Under the pieces are notes generated by a model, which saw only the letters and a program-made list of their open reading frames with translations, did not search any database and was not told the DNA's origin. A program made the translations under genes and the position numbers. Below are positions 36,474 to 49,009 of a DNA stretch of 64,000 nt, piece by piece. The stretch is taken from the NCBI RefSeq assembly GCF_006345805.1, contig NC_043000.1, forward strand, positions 37,882,001 to 37,946,000, written 5' to 3'. The stretch is from Octopus sinensis. Its lineage: Eukaryota. Within the stretch, counting starts at the first letter, position 1; each line of letters begins with the position of its first letter.

Positions 36474-36563
36474 TGCAGTCCAGTCCAGTCCAGTCCAGTC
36501 CAGTCCAATCCAGTTCAGTCCAACCCAGTCTAATTCAGTCCAGTCCAGCCCAATCCAGTCCAG
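36474..36563. repeat. (GTCCA)n pentanucleotide repeat
   Basis: Direct reading. Confidence 0.9.
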
Positions 36564-36689
36564 TTCTTTGGCCAATTTTGATATTCACCTTCACTTCTTT
36601 TATGATGAAAGATGTGATTTTAACAAAATCTCATTTCTTCTTTCTCATAAAGCTAAAATGTTGTAGTGTACGACATCATTATTGAAGTA

Positions 36690-37128
36690 CCATCTAGCAG
36701 AATAGTTACCACGCCGGATAAAACGCTTAGCCACATTTCATCCGTCTTTACTTTCTAAGTTCAAATTCCGATGAGGTCAACTTTGCCTTTTCATGCATTC
36801 CAGGATCGATAAAATAATTTCCAATTGAACACTGAAGTCGATGTAATCGACTTACTCCCACCCCGGAATTTGCAGGCATTGTGCAAAAATATGAATCCAA
36901 TATCAGCAAAGTACTTGAGGCAATGAGCTGGCAGAATCGTTGCCACACCGGGAAGAATACTTAGCGCCATTTCGTCCGTCTTTACGTTCTGAGTTCAAAT
37001 TCCGCCGAGGCTCATTTTACATTTCGTTCTTTCAGGGTCGATAAAATAAGTACCAGTTGATTACTGGGGGGTCGACTTACCCTCTCCCCTGAGCTTGTTG
37101 GCTTTGTGTCAAAATTTGAAACCAATAA
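36690..37128 (+). mobile_element. Two head-to-tail SINE-B copies (~36690-36905, ~36916-37128)
   Basis: Both carry GCAGAAT.GTT, GTTCAAATTCCG and GTCGATAAAATA cores. Confidence 0.8.
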
Positions 37129-38891
37129 AACGTGAAGCACTTAACGTTGGTTCATTTTCCTTTTATTTTGATCTATGTTGCCGTCCACACGTGACATACA
37201 GAATTACACGTATATATCTTTACATCGTGTGCTCTCCATATGCTGTATACAATACCATATAGAGTTTTCGTCTCGTTTGTCGAATAATCAACACTGACTT
37301 CAAATACCAGTCAAGATGTTAAACTTCAAACTTCAATCGACGAATTAAATTTGTGTTTGATGAGTAATAGTGAGTAATGGTGAGTAATGTTTTATATTTA
37401 ACGATTATTCCCTGTAGATTAACCAGATTGTTCTGTTTGTGTGCCAATAATAACAAGATTACAACTCGTAATATTTGTACGAAGACAAGACACAATTTCT
37501 TTTAATTTAGCTTTACAGATGTCAATGTAATGTTTGTTAATAAGATATCGTATTTGACAGGAAATAATGTTGGTGCCAACTTACTTCGCAGAAGAAATAT
37601 TTTTCAAGGTTTTTCTACTTAAAAACACATAACTTAATACCAGAATCTATTTCTCTGCTGTCGCAATTCCCTCAACTATCAATTCTCCACGATTAAAGAC
37701 AACCTCCCACTCCATTGAGCTTGATTTCGGTAGAAAATTGATACTTGCTCTGGAGCATTTAAGAATTTATAGGTTTTGTCCAGTCAGACGTGAAGAACAA
37801 ATAAGGTAGTGACCTCTAGTGCTGAATTTATGCAGAAGCTGTCGAAGGAAATTTTCTATAACACCATTTACTACACCTTGTCTGTCTTCTATACAACGTG
37901 ATTTTTAGAGGTTTAGCTATCAGACCAATGATTATAACTCATCATTGTTTATTAATTACAACCCTCATTATTAATGTTTATTAACGTGGAATTAGACTAT
38001 ATTTATGTTGCTATTCGTGTTGTTGTTCTTGGAGTATTTAACTAGAACTTTTTTCTATGAATTGTGGAAAATCTCTAACCCGAAATTTATAAAATATTAT
38101 AAATGTAATTAATTAACTTCATTAAGGTAGAAGCTTATTAGAGTCACTAGATAATCGGATAAAATACTAGGTGATACTTGTTTCGGCTTACTGCGCTCCA
38201 AGTTCAAATCCCGTCGAGATCGATTTTTGCATTTCGTAATTTCGAAGTTAATAAAAACGGGTGGTGGATTGGCGTAACTGTAAGAACAAGATCTGTGTTT
38301 CAGCTCTTTGCTTTCTGAGTTCAAATCTTGCCAAAGTCAGCTTTGTATTTCTTTCGTGGTCAGTAATAAAAAGAGCAACTCCGGAAAAGTGGGTCGGCAG
38401 AGCTGTATGGAAATGAGCCGGATAGTTTTGCGATGTTAGTTACGGCTGTTTGCGTTCTGAGTTCAAATCTTGCCACGGCATACTAGGATCGTGGACTAAG
38501 TCAACCGGTTCAGTACCGATACCTGGTCTTTGGGTGACTTCACCGGACTCCATGCGATTGCAAGCATTTTGTCCAAGTAATCAGCTTGAGGATCCCTTCC
38601 TATCTCTCTCCCCCTTCCACCAGTTTCACGGGCCTCGTAATGTGTCACGGGTACTGCATTTCCACCCGACTAAAACAGAAACATATCCAATCATTTATTC
38701 AATCAGCCTCTTATCTTAGAATTCTAACTTAGCACTGTACGTTCTTCACACACGCGTTGCCCAAATTCTCAAGCGAGGCAAATTCTACCCCAGTGGTTCT
38801 CAACCATTTTTTTTACCTGTGGAACTCTTTGATTTCTGTTTTTGTCAGATAACCATTTGTTGTTTCAAAACTCCTGATATATTCCAGTTAC

Positions 38892-39060
38892 TTGTTTTAG
38901 TCATATGACTGCGGCCACACTGGAGCATCGCCTAAAAGAGTTTTTAGTCAAACAAAACAAACCCAGGGCTTATTTTTTGTAAGCCTAGTGTTTATTCTAA
39001 CGGTCGCTTTGGCCAAAACGCTAAACACACCAACATCGGTTTTCAAGGAATGGTCAGGTA
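38892..39060 (-). mobile_element. SINE-A 3' module fragment
   Basis: GACTGCGGCCACACTGGAGCATCGCC...GTAAGCCTAGT. Confidence 0.75.
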
Positions 39061-39199
39061 ATAAATGCAGTCAAAACCACACGTGCGCGCGTGCAGCGCT
39101 AGATATGCCGCAGTGTAACCTGAATTTAATTTTTTTGCCTATACTTTTAGTAATATTTTTAATTCAGGTGTGTCGCCGAATGTTCTATATTTTAGAGAT

Positions 39200-39350
39200 G
39201 ATGTGTATTGTTTACATTGGACGAATATGTGTCCTCATCTTGTTTACCACAAAATTTCGGCTGATGTACTCTCCAACCTTCATCAGGTGTCCTGGTAGAA
39301 TATTGAACCCAACCTTGGGTTCTCATTCCTAAGGTATTATTTTGCTCATA

Positions 39351-39395
<45 letters not shown>

Positions 39396-39479
39396 GATGA
39401 TGATGATGATGATGATGTTGTTGTTGTTGTTATTATTATTATTATTATTGTTATTATTATTATTATTATTATTATGTTG

Positions 39480-39520
<41 letters not shown>

Positions 39521-39675
39521 ATTTATTCAAGACACTGCCTGGAACTAAACTCGGAATCTTGGGGTTAGTAGCCCGCGTTCTAACCCTATATACCCACGGC
39601 ATGTATCGTAACGGTTAAAAGCGCGGGCTACTAGTTCCAAGACTGCGAGTTCAATTCCAGGCAGTGCCTTGAATA

Positions 39676-39726
<51 letters not shown>

Positions 39727-39744
39727 GCTACTACCAATAATAAC

Positions 39745-39787
<43 letters not shown>

Positions 39788-39945
39788 TGAGCAAAATAAT
39801 ACCTTAGGAATGAGAACCAAGGGTTCGAAATTCTACCAGAACACCTGATGAAGGCTGGAGAGTAAATCAATCGAAGCACTGTGGTAACAACAAACAAGAT
39901 AAGGACGCATATCCGTCCAATGTAAATAATGTAAATTATGTAAAT
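39200..39945. mobile_element. Family E: divergent inverted pair of tRNA-head + microsatellite + HHR-tail elements
   Basis: Tail (-) ~39200-39345, head (-) 39526-39598, head (+) 39601-39675, tail (+) ~39790-39945. Confidence 0.8.
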
Positions 39946-40631
39946 GCCGCCGAATTTTGAAAAGAATATAAGTGTACCGCAAGTGAAAAAATGGTTGCGT
40001 AGCACTTGGTCTTAACGGTCACTCGGCCTGCTGAAAATAGCAGCCATACTTTCCTCAAATGAGAATTTACCGTTTAAAAATGTGGACACATCGGATAATG
40101 TTTACGAACGGAGGAAATACATCAGGGGAGTTTTCTGCACAGTAAATGAAATATACAGAAATAAATATAGGGAGACTAGAAACTTCCATCATCTGAGACT
40201 ATCCGGTTAATTAGCAGACAAAATGAGATATTACCTTTGTCCGGGGTAGATTTTAACCTTCGTGCCAACACGGAACATGGAGGTTAAATGGCGATGAGAT
40301 GAAACACCGCTAGAGGCAACATTCGTTAATTTCTTGAATATGGGGTCATAACCCTGAAATATTGAATGTAATTAAGTCGACATGAATTCATGTATTTGTT
40401 TCCTTGTGATTTGCCTTGCATTTACTCCGCATTTTTCTGGCCTTACCTACGATTCTTTGTACAATATATTCTACACAATGCTTCATAGTAATTATTCCAT
40501 ATATATATGTATATATCGGCATAAGCATTATGTCTGACTAAGAAAAAGTATGTCATCGGAGCCTCACACGTCGAAACCGACGAGAGAGTTCATCATATAT
40601 ATGTATATATATATATATGTGTGTGTGTGTG

Positions 40632-41099
40632 AGGATTGTGTACGAGGGGACAGCTACTTTTGAAAAATTGCGAATTGCGCATGAGAAAGTAAGGAGAGAT
40701 GACAGGAAGGGCATCGCTGTTGCACCTCCAGACGCTAAGGGTTTTTCTATGACGCTGACATGCAGTGTCTGTGCAAGACCCTGCCTCAGTACAGCTGGAC
40801 TCAAGAGTCATCTTCGTAGTCATAAAGCGAGACAGATGAGTGACAACCTGACCACTGGTGGTGGTGTTACATACCATACTAATCTTTCTGTTAGGTATGT
40901 AGAAGGGACTTAAACAACATGCGAAGGTACATGAAGCCCAGTTACAACAACAGCCGGCTATCGCCGGTAAAGGTTTTAGCTGCCAATTCTGTACAAGGTC
41001 TATAGCTGGGCTAAAAAGTCACATTCGATCACAGCACCGATAACAGTTAAGCTTCGTGCAATGGCCATACTCGATAATGAGGGAGCAGCCATCATGTAT
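40632..41099 (+). pseudogene. RTE-clade LINE ORF2 C-terminus (C2H2 zinc fingers) and 3' tail
   Basis: CSVCARPCLSTAGLKSHLRSH and CQFCTRSIAGLKSHIRSQH; tail ...GGCCATACTCGATAATGAGGGAGCAGCCATCATGTAT. RTE assignment rests on recalled family features. Confidence 0.75.
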
Positions 41100-41460
41100 T
41101 GTCCTTCTAAGAATTTACAAACTTTCGAAGCATTTTCTCTCTTTTTCTTTTTTTTGTGGTCGGAGATTGGGAATTAGTTCTCGAGCTACATATGAAGCTA
41201 TAAATAAAAGCAGGTAAATGTACTCCGAAAATCAATACCCAAAAAAGAATTATTCCATGTTCGCTCGAAATTTTATTAATTCTTGTGACGTCAACAATAC
41301 ACAATTCTCCATGGTTGCAATAAAGTTTCTAAAACAAATAAGAAATTCGACTGATTGTTTTCATCCAATGCTAGAAACGACTCTCATATTTACACGAGAT
41401 GTACTTTCAAGTCCCACGACAGCCTTCGATGTTTCTTTCAATCTGAAAGTGATTTGCAAC

Positions 41461-41650
41461 CGAAAATTCTTTGTAAGCCTAATATTTATTCCATCAGTCT
41501 CTTTTGCCGATAGGCTTCTTTCAGTTTTCTTCTACCAAATCCACTCACAATGCTCTGGTCAGCCTGAGGATATAGAAGGCACTTGCCCAAGGTACCCGCA
41601 CCCATGTGGTTGGGAAGCAAGCTTCTTACGACACAGCCACTCCTGCGCCC
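41461..41650 (-). mobile_element. SINE-A, internally deleted
   Basis: Tail fragment fused to the head without the linker. Confidence 0.8.
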
Positions 41651-41970
41651 ATGACTCTTTTTAAATTGATTCTTGAAATACACACACACACATATATAAA
41701 TATATATATAGGTATGTATGTATGTACGTATATATACCAGACATCATAAAAAGGATGGAGAATTATACACCTTCAAATATTTATGATGGCTGATTATATA
41801 TTCTGTATCTAATGAATCTAACTCAGGTGTTGTCTGTCGAGTGAAGGGCCATAAACAACTGTAGATATTCCAGATCATTCCATCTAGATTATTAGAGTTC
41901 TAATAAGGTATCTGCGAATCCATATCCCTTCATGCACACAACACACACACACACACTATTATATATATAT

Positions 41971-41999
41971 ATATTGAATCTAATTTTGCTAACGTAGAC

Positions 42000-42070
<71 letters not shown>

Positions 42071-42100
42071 TCTACGTTTAGCAAAATTTAGATTCAATAT
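41971..42100. repeat. ~30-bp inverted repeat flanking a (TA)n tract
   Basis: 41971-41999 vs 42070-42100 differ by two 1-nt indels. Confidence 0.9.
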
Positions 42101-42101
42101 A

Positions 42102-42550
42102 TCTCTCTATAGTATAAACTGAGAAGTGTGTCTGTCTTCTTTCTATCTGTGTGTTTCCCTAAAACTTGAGAACTACACAACCAATTTCATTCAAATTTTA
42201 CACATGCCTTATTTAGGGTCCGGGGAGTGTCATGGGCAGAAAAAATGTTCAACTTCTTGCCTAGAGCGAGCCCATAGCAATATCATATCTTCTCCACTAT
42301 TTCAGTATTATGTGTTAAAAGTGAAACAAAAACATTTTTCTAATTTATGTCAGATATTTTCACTTTAACAATAAAAATTAGAGATAATAATAACAATTGA
42401 ATTATATGTAGTAAGTAATAATTAAAATCAAACTAAAGTATAATATAATCGTAACATAACAAAAGTAAAAATAGCAATTGGTATAAAGTTGCATCAATAA
42501 TTTGAACTTGAATAAGTGGTTTCACATGAATGGCAATAAATTAAAAATAA
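42102..42550 (+). mobile_element. Non-autonomous Helitron 5' portion
   Basis: A|TC TCTCTATAGTATAAACTGAGAAGTGTGTCTGTC...AACTACACAACCAATTTCATTCAAATTT; 3' end not found, right boundary approximate. Confidence 0.55.
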
Positions 42551-42659
42551 AATTAGCGTGCAGAAATGGAAGTCTAGATGGAGGTGTGCACATACCGTTT
42601 ACCACGGCTTTTACATTAGATTATCTGCTAATTAGTTAGCATTAAGTATCTATATGAAG

Positions 42660-42809
42660 TATGCGTGGTAAGTAGCTTGCTTACCAACCACATGGTTCAG
42701 GGTTCAATCCCACAGTGTGACACGTTGGGCAAGTGTCTTCTACTATAGCCTCGGACCGACCAAATCCTTGCTAGTGGATTTGGTAGATGGAAACTGAAAG
42801 AAGCCCGTC

Positions 42810-42851
<42 letters not shown>

Positions 42852-43068
42852 TTGTGTATCTATATTTGCTCTCCCCACCATCACTTGCCAGCCGATATTG
42901 GTGTGTTTGCCTCCTCGTAACTTAACGGTTCGGCCATAGAAGACGACGGCCATAGAATAAGTACTAGGCTTACAAAGAATAAGTTCTGGGGTCGATTTGT
43001 TTGACTAAAGGCAGTGCTCCAGCATGGCCGCAGTCAAAAAATGAGACTTGTAAAAAAGTAAAAGAGTA
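42660..43068 (+). mobile_element. SINE-A, full length
   Basis: Head, (TA)n linker and tail. Confidence 0.9.
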
Positions 43069-43194
43069 TTCTAACATATATATATACACACACACATGTG
43101 CGTGTATGTGTGAATGTATATTACATACAAAGATATATACATATATATATGTATATATATATGCCTATATATCATATATATATATATATATATA

Positions 43195-43229
<35 letters not shown>

Positions 43230-44934
43230 CAATATATATGCATATATATATATATATGCATATATATATATATATATATATACATATATATATGTATATA
43301 TTCGTTATATTATATATATATATGGTATGTATATATTATATATATATATATAATATGCAGGTATGTATATTATATATATATATTATATTTATATATATAT
43401 ATTATATATAATATATATATATATATATACAGCACGCACACACACATATACATACAGAGTTTCTGAAAGAGAGTGCAAGCTGGAGTTCAAATATGGTTTC
43501 TTTTACGTGAGAGCGACATAAACTCAACAGACTGACTACGTTGGAAGTTATGATATCTTGCTATCATCTATCATTTATAGAACATTGTTAGAATACTATA
43601 GATGGTTTATGTGGTATTGCTGCAGATGTGGCGTCACATTTAATTTCGATTGTATTAGAAGACTCGGCTGGAGATTTGAATGCAGCCAGAACGGAATCCG
43701 ATCAAGTTAACCAAGTGTTCTCGTTAGTTCTTTACACCGTCATTGAAACTTGGAGAAGAACTCCAGAAGGGAGAAGGAGTGAAAGCCAATACTTGGACAT
43801 ATCAACAGTTATGGATCGGTTGGTGTTGTCTTACACTGTGTGTGTGTGTGTGGGTGGGTTTGGGCGGGTGCGCACGCACGTGTGTGTGTGTGCATGCTGG
43901 GGCTGACGCGGAGGTGAGTTGTTTACTGTGGAAATTGAAATGAATATCTACCAACTGGTATCACCACCAACAACAATAGCAGCAGTTTTACTGCTGCTGC
44001 TGCGGCTACTACTACTACTACTACTACTACTACTAGAATTCATAAAGAAAAGAGTATCGATATGTTCCACTTTCATAGTTATCTTTTGCAGATATTTGAA
44101 TGCCCTTTCGTATGTGTATGTATGTATGCCTCTGTTTGTGTGTGTGTGAGTGTGTGTGTGTGTGTGAATATATCTACACGCATTCTTACATATCAGTACA
44201 CACATATATATATATATACAAATGTATTTGTGCATATGTATGGTTGTAATAGCTTTTCAGTAACGAAAACTTCAACTTATACAATATGATACTAGTAACC
44301 ACAACAGCAACACCAACCACACCATCATTAGCTCCACCACAACCACCACCATCACCACCACCACCACCGCCGCCACTACCACCACCACCATCAGTATCGG
44401 GGATGGGTGGGCTGTGTTGGCGGTGCCTGCAAGAACAATAAAAGTCAACAATACAAACAATGTATCTTTACACTCGATCTGAGAATTCCTCTCAACGGAC
44501 CAATTTAAAGTCTGGTATATGTAATGCTGAGAACGACTTCATATGCAAACTTTGTCTGTAGGCCATATATACATATGTATGAAAATATGCGGCAAAATAC
44601 GCATCCATGGAAGAGTGCATGAATATATGAATATAGTATGAATATATTTACTGTATATGTATGTATATATACGTATATTTCTAGTCTTTTTTTTTACTTG
44701 TTTTAGTAATTTGACTGCGGCCATGCTGGAACACTGCCTTCAGTCGAACAAATCAACCCCAGGACTTATTCTTTGCAAGGCTAGTACTTATTCCATCGGT
44801 GTCTTTTGCCGAACCGCTAAGTTACGAGCACGTCATCACACCAACATCGGTTGCCAAGCGATGATGGAGAGACAAACACCAACACACAAATACACACACA
44901 CACACACACACATACACACAGTTCTATATTCATG

Positions 44935-45300
44935 AGATAAAGAATTATGTACATCATTTACGTTATTTACATTTGACAGATATTTATCCTCATCTTGTTT
45001 GTTGTTAACACAACGTTTCGGCTGATATACCCTCCAGCCTTCATCAGGTGTCTTGGGAAAATTTCGAACGTGGGTTCTCATTCCTAAGGTATTTTTTATG
45101 TAGTTGTTGTTGTTGTTCTTCTTCTTCTTCTTCTTTTTCTTCTTCTTCTTCTTCTTCTTCTTCTTTTTCTTCTTCTTCTTCTTCTTCTTATTATTATTGT
45201 GATTATGCGCGTGGGCATATAGCATAGTGGTTAAGAGTGCGGGCAACTAACCCCAAGATTCAGTGTTCTATTCCAAGCAGTGACCTGAAAAATGATAATA

Positions 45301-45335
<35 letters not shown>

Positions 45336-45427
45336 TTACCATAAAAAAATACCTGATATATCAGCCGAAACGTTGTGTTAACAACAAACAAGATGAGGAC
45401 AAATATCCGTCAAATGTAAATAATGTC
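44935..45427. mobile_element. Family E inverted insertion: tail (-), microsatellite, head (+), (AAT)n, deleted tail (+)
   Basis: 44950-45095 is reverse-complementary to 45340-45427 apart from a deletion; head at 45211-45289 with TAGCATAGTGG and GTTCTATTCC. Confidence 0.8.
45007..45052 (-). ncRNA. Intact minimal hammerhead ribozyme motif
   Basis: GACAC CUGAUGA A GGCUG GAGGGUAUAU CAGCC GAAA CG UU^GUGUU; palindromic AACGUU. Confidence 0.8.
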
Positions 45428-45624
45428 ATGTGTGTGTGTGTGTGTGTGTGTCTGTGTGTGTATGACCTGCCTCTTTCCGTTTCCGCATACTACATCCACT
45501 CACGAGTCTTTGGTCGGTCGGAGGCTATAGTAGAAGGCACTTGCCCAAGGTGCCACGCAGTGGACTGGAACCTGGAACCATATAACTTGGTAGCAAGCTT
45601 CTTACCACACAGTCTCTCTGTGTT

Positions 45625-45684
<60 letters not shown>

Positions 45685-45831
45685 ACTTGTTAAATACGCA
45701 AACAACGAGAGAAAAATCGCAAACAGGACTAGTAAACACAGAGAACGACACTTCATCAGTTGTCGGCTGTCTATTTACTCCTCGTTTCTAGCATTCAACG
45801 ACAATATGAGTCTTCAAGCACAGTTGTTCTC

Positions 45832-45882
<51 letters not shown>

Positions 45883-46567
45883 ACATAAAGGGAAATCTAT
45901 TTAAGATTTATCAAGTAGTCAGCGTGAAAACCATATAAAGGAAAAATTTATAATTATTCCCTTTAAATACACTTATCATATTAAGGGCATTACTACACGT
46001 AAATGTCTTACGCTATGAGGGACTCTTAAAGTCAAAACTACCAATATAAATATACAGTGTACCGACAGCGAGGTAATATGTAGCATCTATATGCATGTTA
46101 TCTATATATGTACTTATATATGCGTGTACGTTTGTATCTAGTATATTTTTGCTTTAATTATTTTAATTGTTCCTCTAAAGAACGAACTGGTTCTTAACAA
46201 ACAAACAAAAGCCCTTTTACTGCAAGTTAGATGAAATAAAACGAGGGAGATATACGTTGATCTTCTGAACGTTTTTACTGTTTCATTTACAGATTGTATT
46301 TTCTAAAACTGTCGGTTAGTTACTTTCTTTCTGTCTGAACGCCTCGGCTTTTCCAGACTGCAACTAATGCAGATATACATATGCAGGTATGTATGTGTAT
46401 ATGCATGCATGTGTGCTTGCCTCTATCTAATTATATGTGCGTTTATACTTACGAAATATACATATATTTTGGTACATATATACGTATGGACGATATATGT
46501 ATATACGACGCAGCACACACATATACACGCACTCAAACACACACACACACATACACACACACACACA

Positions 46568-46955
46568 CGGCTGTGTGGTAAGAGGCTTGCTCCCCATTCA
46601 CATGGTTCCCGGTTCAGTCCCACTGGAACCTTGGGCAAGTATCTGCTGCTATAGCCTTACGCCAACCAAAGCCTTGTGAGTGGATGGATTTGGTAGATGG
46701 AAACAGAAAGCTGTGGTGTGTGTGTATATATATATATAATATACATATATACATATATATATCTGTGTGTGTGTGCTTGTGTGTATGTATTTGTCCTCCT
46801 AACATCGCTTGACAACCGGTGTTGGTGTGTTTACGTCCCCGTAACCTACCGTTTCGGCTAAAGTGACCGATAGAATAAGTACTAGGCTTACAAAGAATAA
46901 GCCGTGGAGTCAATTCGTTCGACTAAAGGCGGTGCTCCAGCATGGCCACAGTTAA
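46568..46955 (+). mobile_element. SINE-A, near full length
   Basis: Head, linker and tail. Confidence 0.9.
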
Positions 46956-47394
46956 TGCCCTCTCTCTGCTTAGAAATTGGTGGCCTTGTGCCAAAATTAG
47001 AAAGAATTATTGTCATACCTGAACACAATGAAATCAAATGACACTACTGCGCAGCAACTGCTGCTGCTGCTACTACTACTACTACTACTACTACCACTAC
47101 CACCACCAACAACAACAACAATACCACTACTTCTACCACCATTACCACCACCACCACGCCTGCTTTAACGTTACTTCTATTCTGAATATTGATTTCAAAT
47201 TATTGTCTAATTAACGAATTGCAAGATGTACGCTATAAAATTTGGAATGCGATCTTTGTGATTTTTATCACTGTTTGGGTATTTTAGCCAATCTGAAACG
47301 AGTATTTTACACATCACCGTGGCGAAGAACTGTTTCCATAGTAACCAAAGATGCTGCGCATGCGCACAAGGAGTGTAATGACCAAATTGTGTGT

Positions 47395-47568
47395 AATCAA
47401 CAAATCGAGAGTACATGGTTATCTTTAAAGCGTAGAAACAAGCGACGGCGTGGGGCACACCGTTCCATGATTAACTCTTATCTTTGTGAATTTATGGGGA
47501 GAAGGAGATTTGAGAAAGATAATTTATTTTATAAAAACCTTGAGTGTATTGCAAACTTTCGTTCTTGA
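47395..47568 (+). pseudogene. Merlin (IS1016/ISXO2-like) transposase C-terminal remnant
   Basis: QIESTWLSLKRRNKRRRGAHRSMINSYLCEFMGRRRF fits the IESxW..K..G..SYLxEFxWR pattern. Two ~56-bp direct repeats follow (47621-47677, 47728-47783). Confidence 0.75.
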
Positions 47569-48109
47569 ATTTTTAAAACTAATAAATGTCTGTTTTAGGC
47601 AATGTTTTGATTGTTATCACTAGCAACACCTGTTGGTTTGTTCGTAGCTTTTACATATTTAATTTGCTCACGAATGCTGTAATGTTAACTTTGCTCGTGT
47701 ATATTTTAATTGTTTGACTGTTATTTCTAGCAACTCCTGTTGTTTTTTCGTAGCTTTTAAATATTTAATTGGCTCGCGAATGCATTCATGTTTTTCAGTT
47801 TACTGTAGCTAGTTTAATGTTTTGACATGTCAATGACCCCTCCCCACCCAATGATGGAAGAGGCAGCGAACGCGCTGTTTTCTGATTGGCTGAAAATTCT
47901 GAAAATTATCAAACTTTAAACACCTGTAACAGTTTCGCAAAATTTTTCTTGAATAAATGAACAACATATTCCGACCCAGCGTCAAAAATTGCATCTATAT
48001 GATACGTCAAAAGACTTTTCTAAAGATAATTAGAAAGAATTATTGTCATGAAATCAAATGGCACTGCGTCGCTACTGCTGCTGCTGCAGCTACTACTACT
48101 ACTACCACT

Positions 48110-48149
<40 letters not shown>

Positions 48150-48368
48150 ACTACTACTACCACTACTGAAAACCATAAAGATCGCTGGAATGTTCTCTTA
48201 ATGTAGCAAAGATTGTTTTCCAACATAACATGGCAGTCCTGGTTTAGATCGAATGTTACTGTAATTTAGCCCCAGGAGACATTGTCTGCAGCTGGCCATA
48301 CGACACGATCTGTGCCCTTATACTTTCGAACAAAGGAATCTTGCACCCCCACTCAGCTCAAGACAATA

Positions 48369-48412
48369 TCTGTGTATCGCGATTTCTGGGTTATTTTCTT
48401 CATCAGCACAGA
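48369..48412 (-). ncRNA. Hammerhead motif with essentially no stem II, inside a ~325-bp element (48226-48550)
   Basis: UCUGUG CUGAUGA AGAAAAUAACCCA GAAA UCGCGA UA^CACAGA: perfect 6-bp stem I, palindromic AUCGCGAU. Confidence 0.65.
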
Positions 48413-48611
48413 ATTATTCTGCTAGAGGTGGCGCTGCCAAGTTCCCGCTCGAAATATATAGTTTTCAAAGTGACAACTAGCCATTGATCTATAAATTAGA
48501 AAATTACTAGTTTTTAATCTGACAATGAGAGATATTCAGCAACAGTACTTTGTAGCAAAGATTGTTTGCCAACAGTTTATGTTCCCTTAATGTCTTAAAA
48601 TAGATTTCATA

Positions 48612-48818
48612 ATTTCATACAAGGCCAGCAATTTCAATGGAGGATGTAAGTCGATTAAATTGACCCCTCTGCTCAACTGGTACTTATCTTATCGATGCTG
48701 AAAGGATAAAAGATAAAGTCGACTTCGGCGGAATTTGAACTCAGAATGTAAAGACGGACGAAATGCCGCTAAGCATTTCGCCTGGCTTGCTAACGCTTCT
48801 GCCAGCTCGCTGCCTTCT
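48612..48818 (-). mobile_element. SINE-B copy
   Basis: Reverse complement of the SINE-B consensus seen elsewhere in the window. Confidence 0.9.
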
Positions 48819-48975
48819 CCTACTTTAATGCTACTAAAAGGCGTCAGACAGAAATTTGTCTTCTTTACGTTATTTGTTTGTTCCCCAACTATTCTTTTCA
48901 TCCTTTTTTTATACATTTTTAATATGACTACAAAATTAGCATCGACTGTGTTTGTCTGTCTGTCTGTCTGTCTGA

Positions 48976-49009
<34 letters not shown>

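Larger units (their letters stand above)
44690..45615 (-). mobile_element. SINE-A split at its linker (3' module ~44690-44900, head ~45460-45615)
   Basis: Both halves on the minus strand in order, separated by the family E insertion. Confidence 0.75.

Noticed and set aside
43628-43906. 92-aa ORF with a CAG acceptor
   Set aside because: No known motif and no clear donor; its 3' end runs into (TG)n.
45745-45800. Minus-strand GAAAC...CUGAUGA
   Set aside because: Helices cannot be closed in any hammerhead topology.
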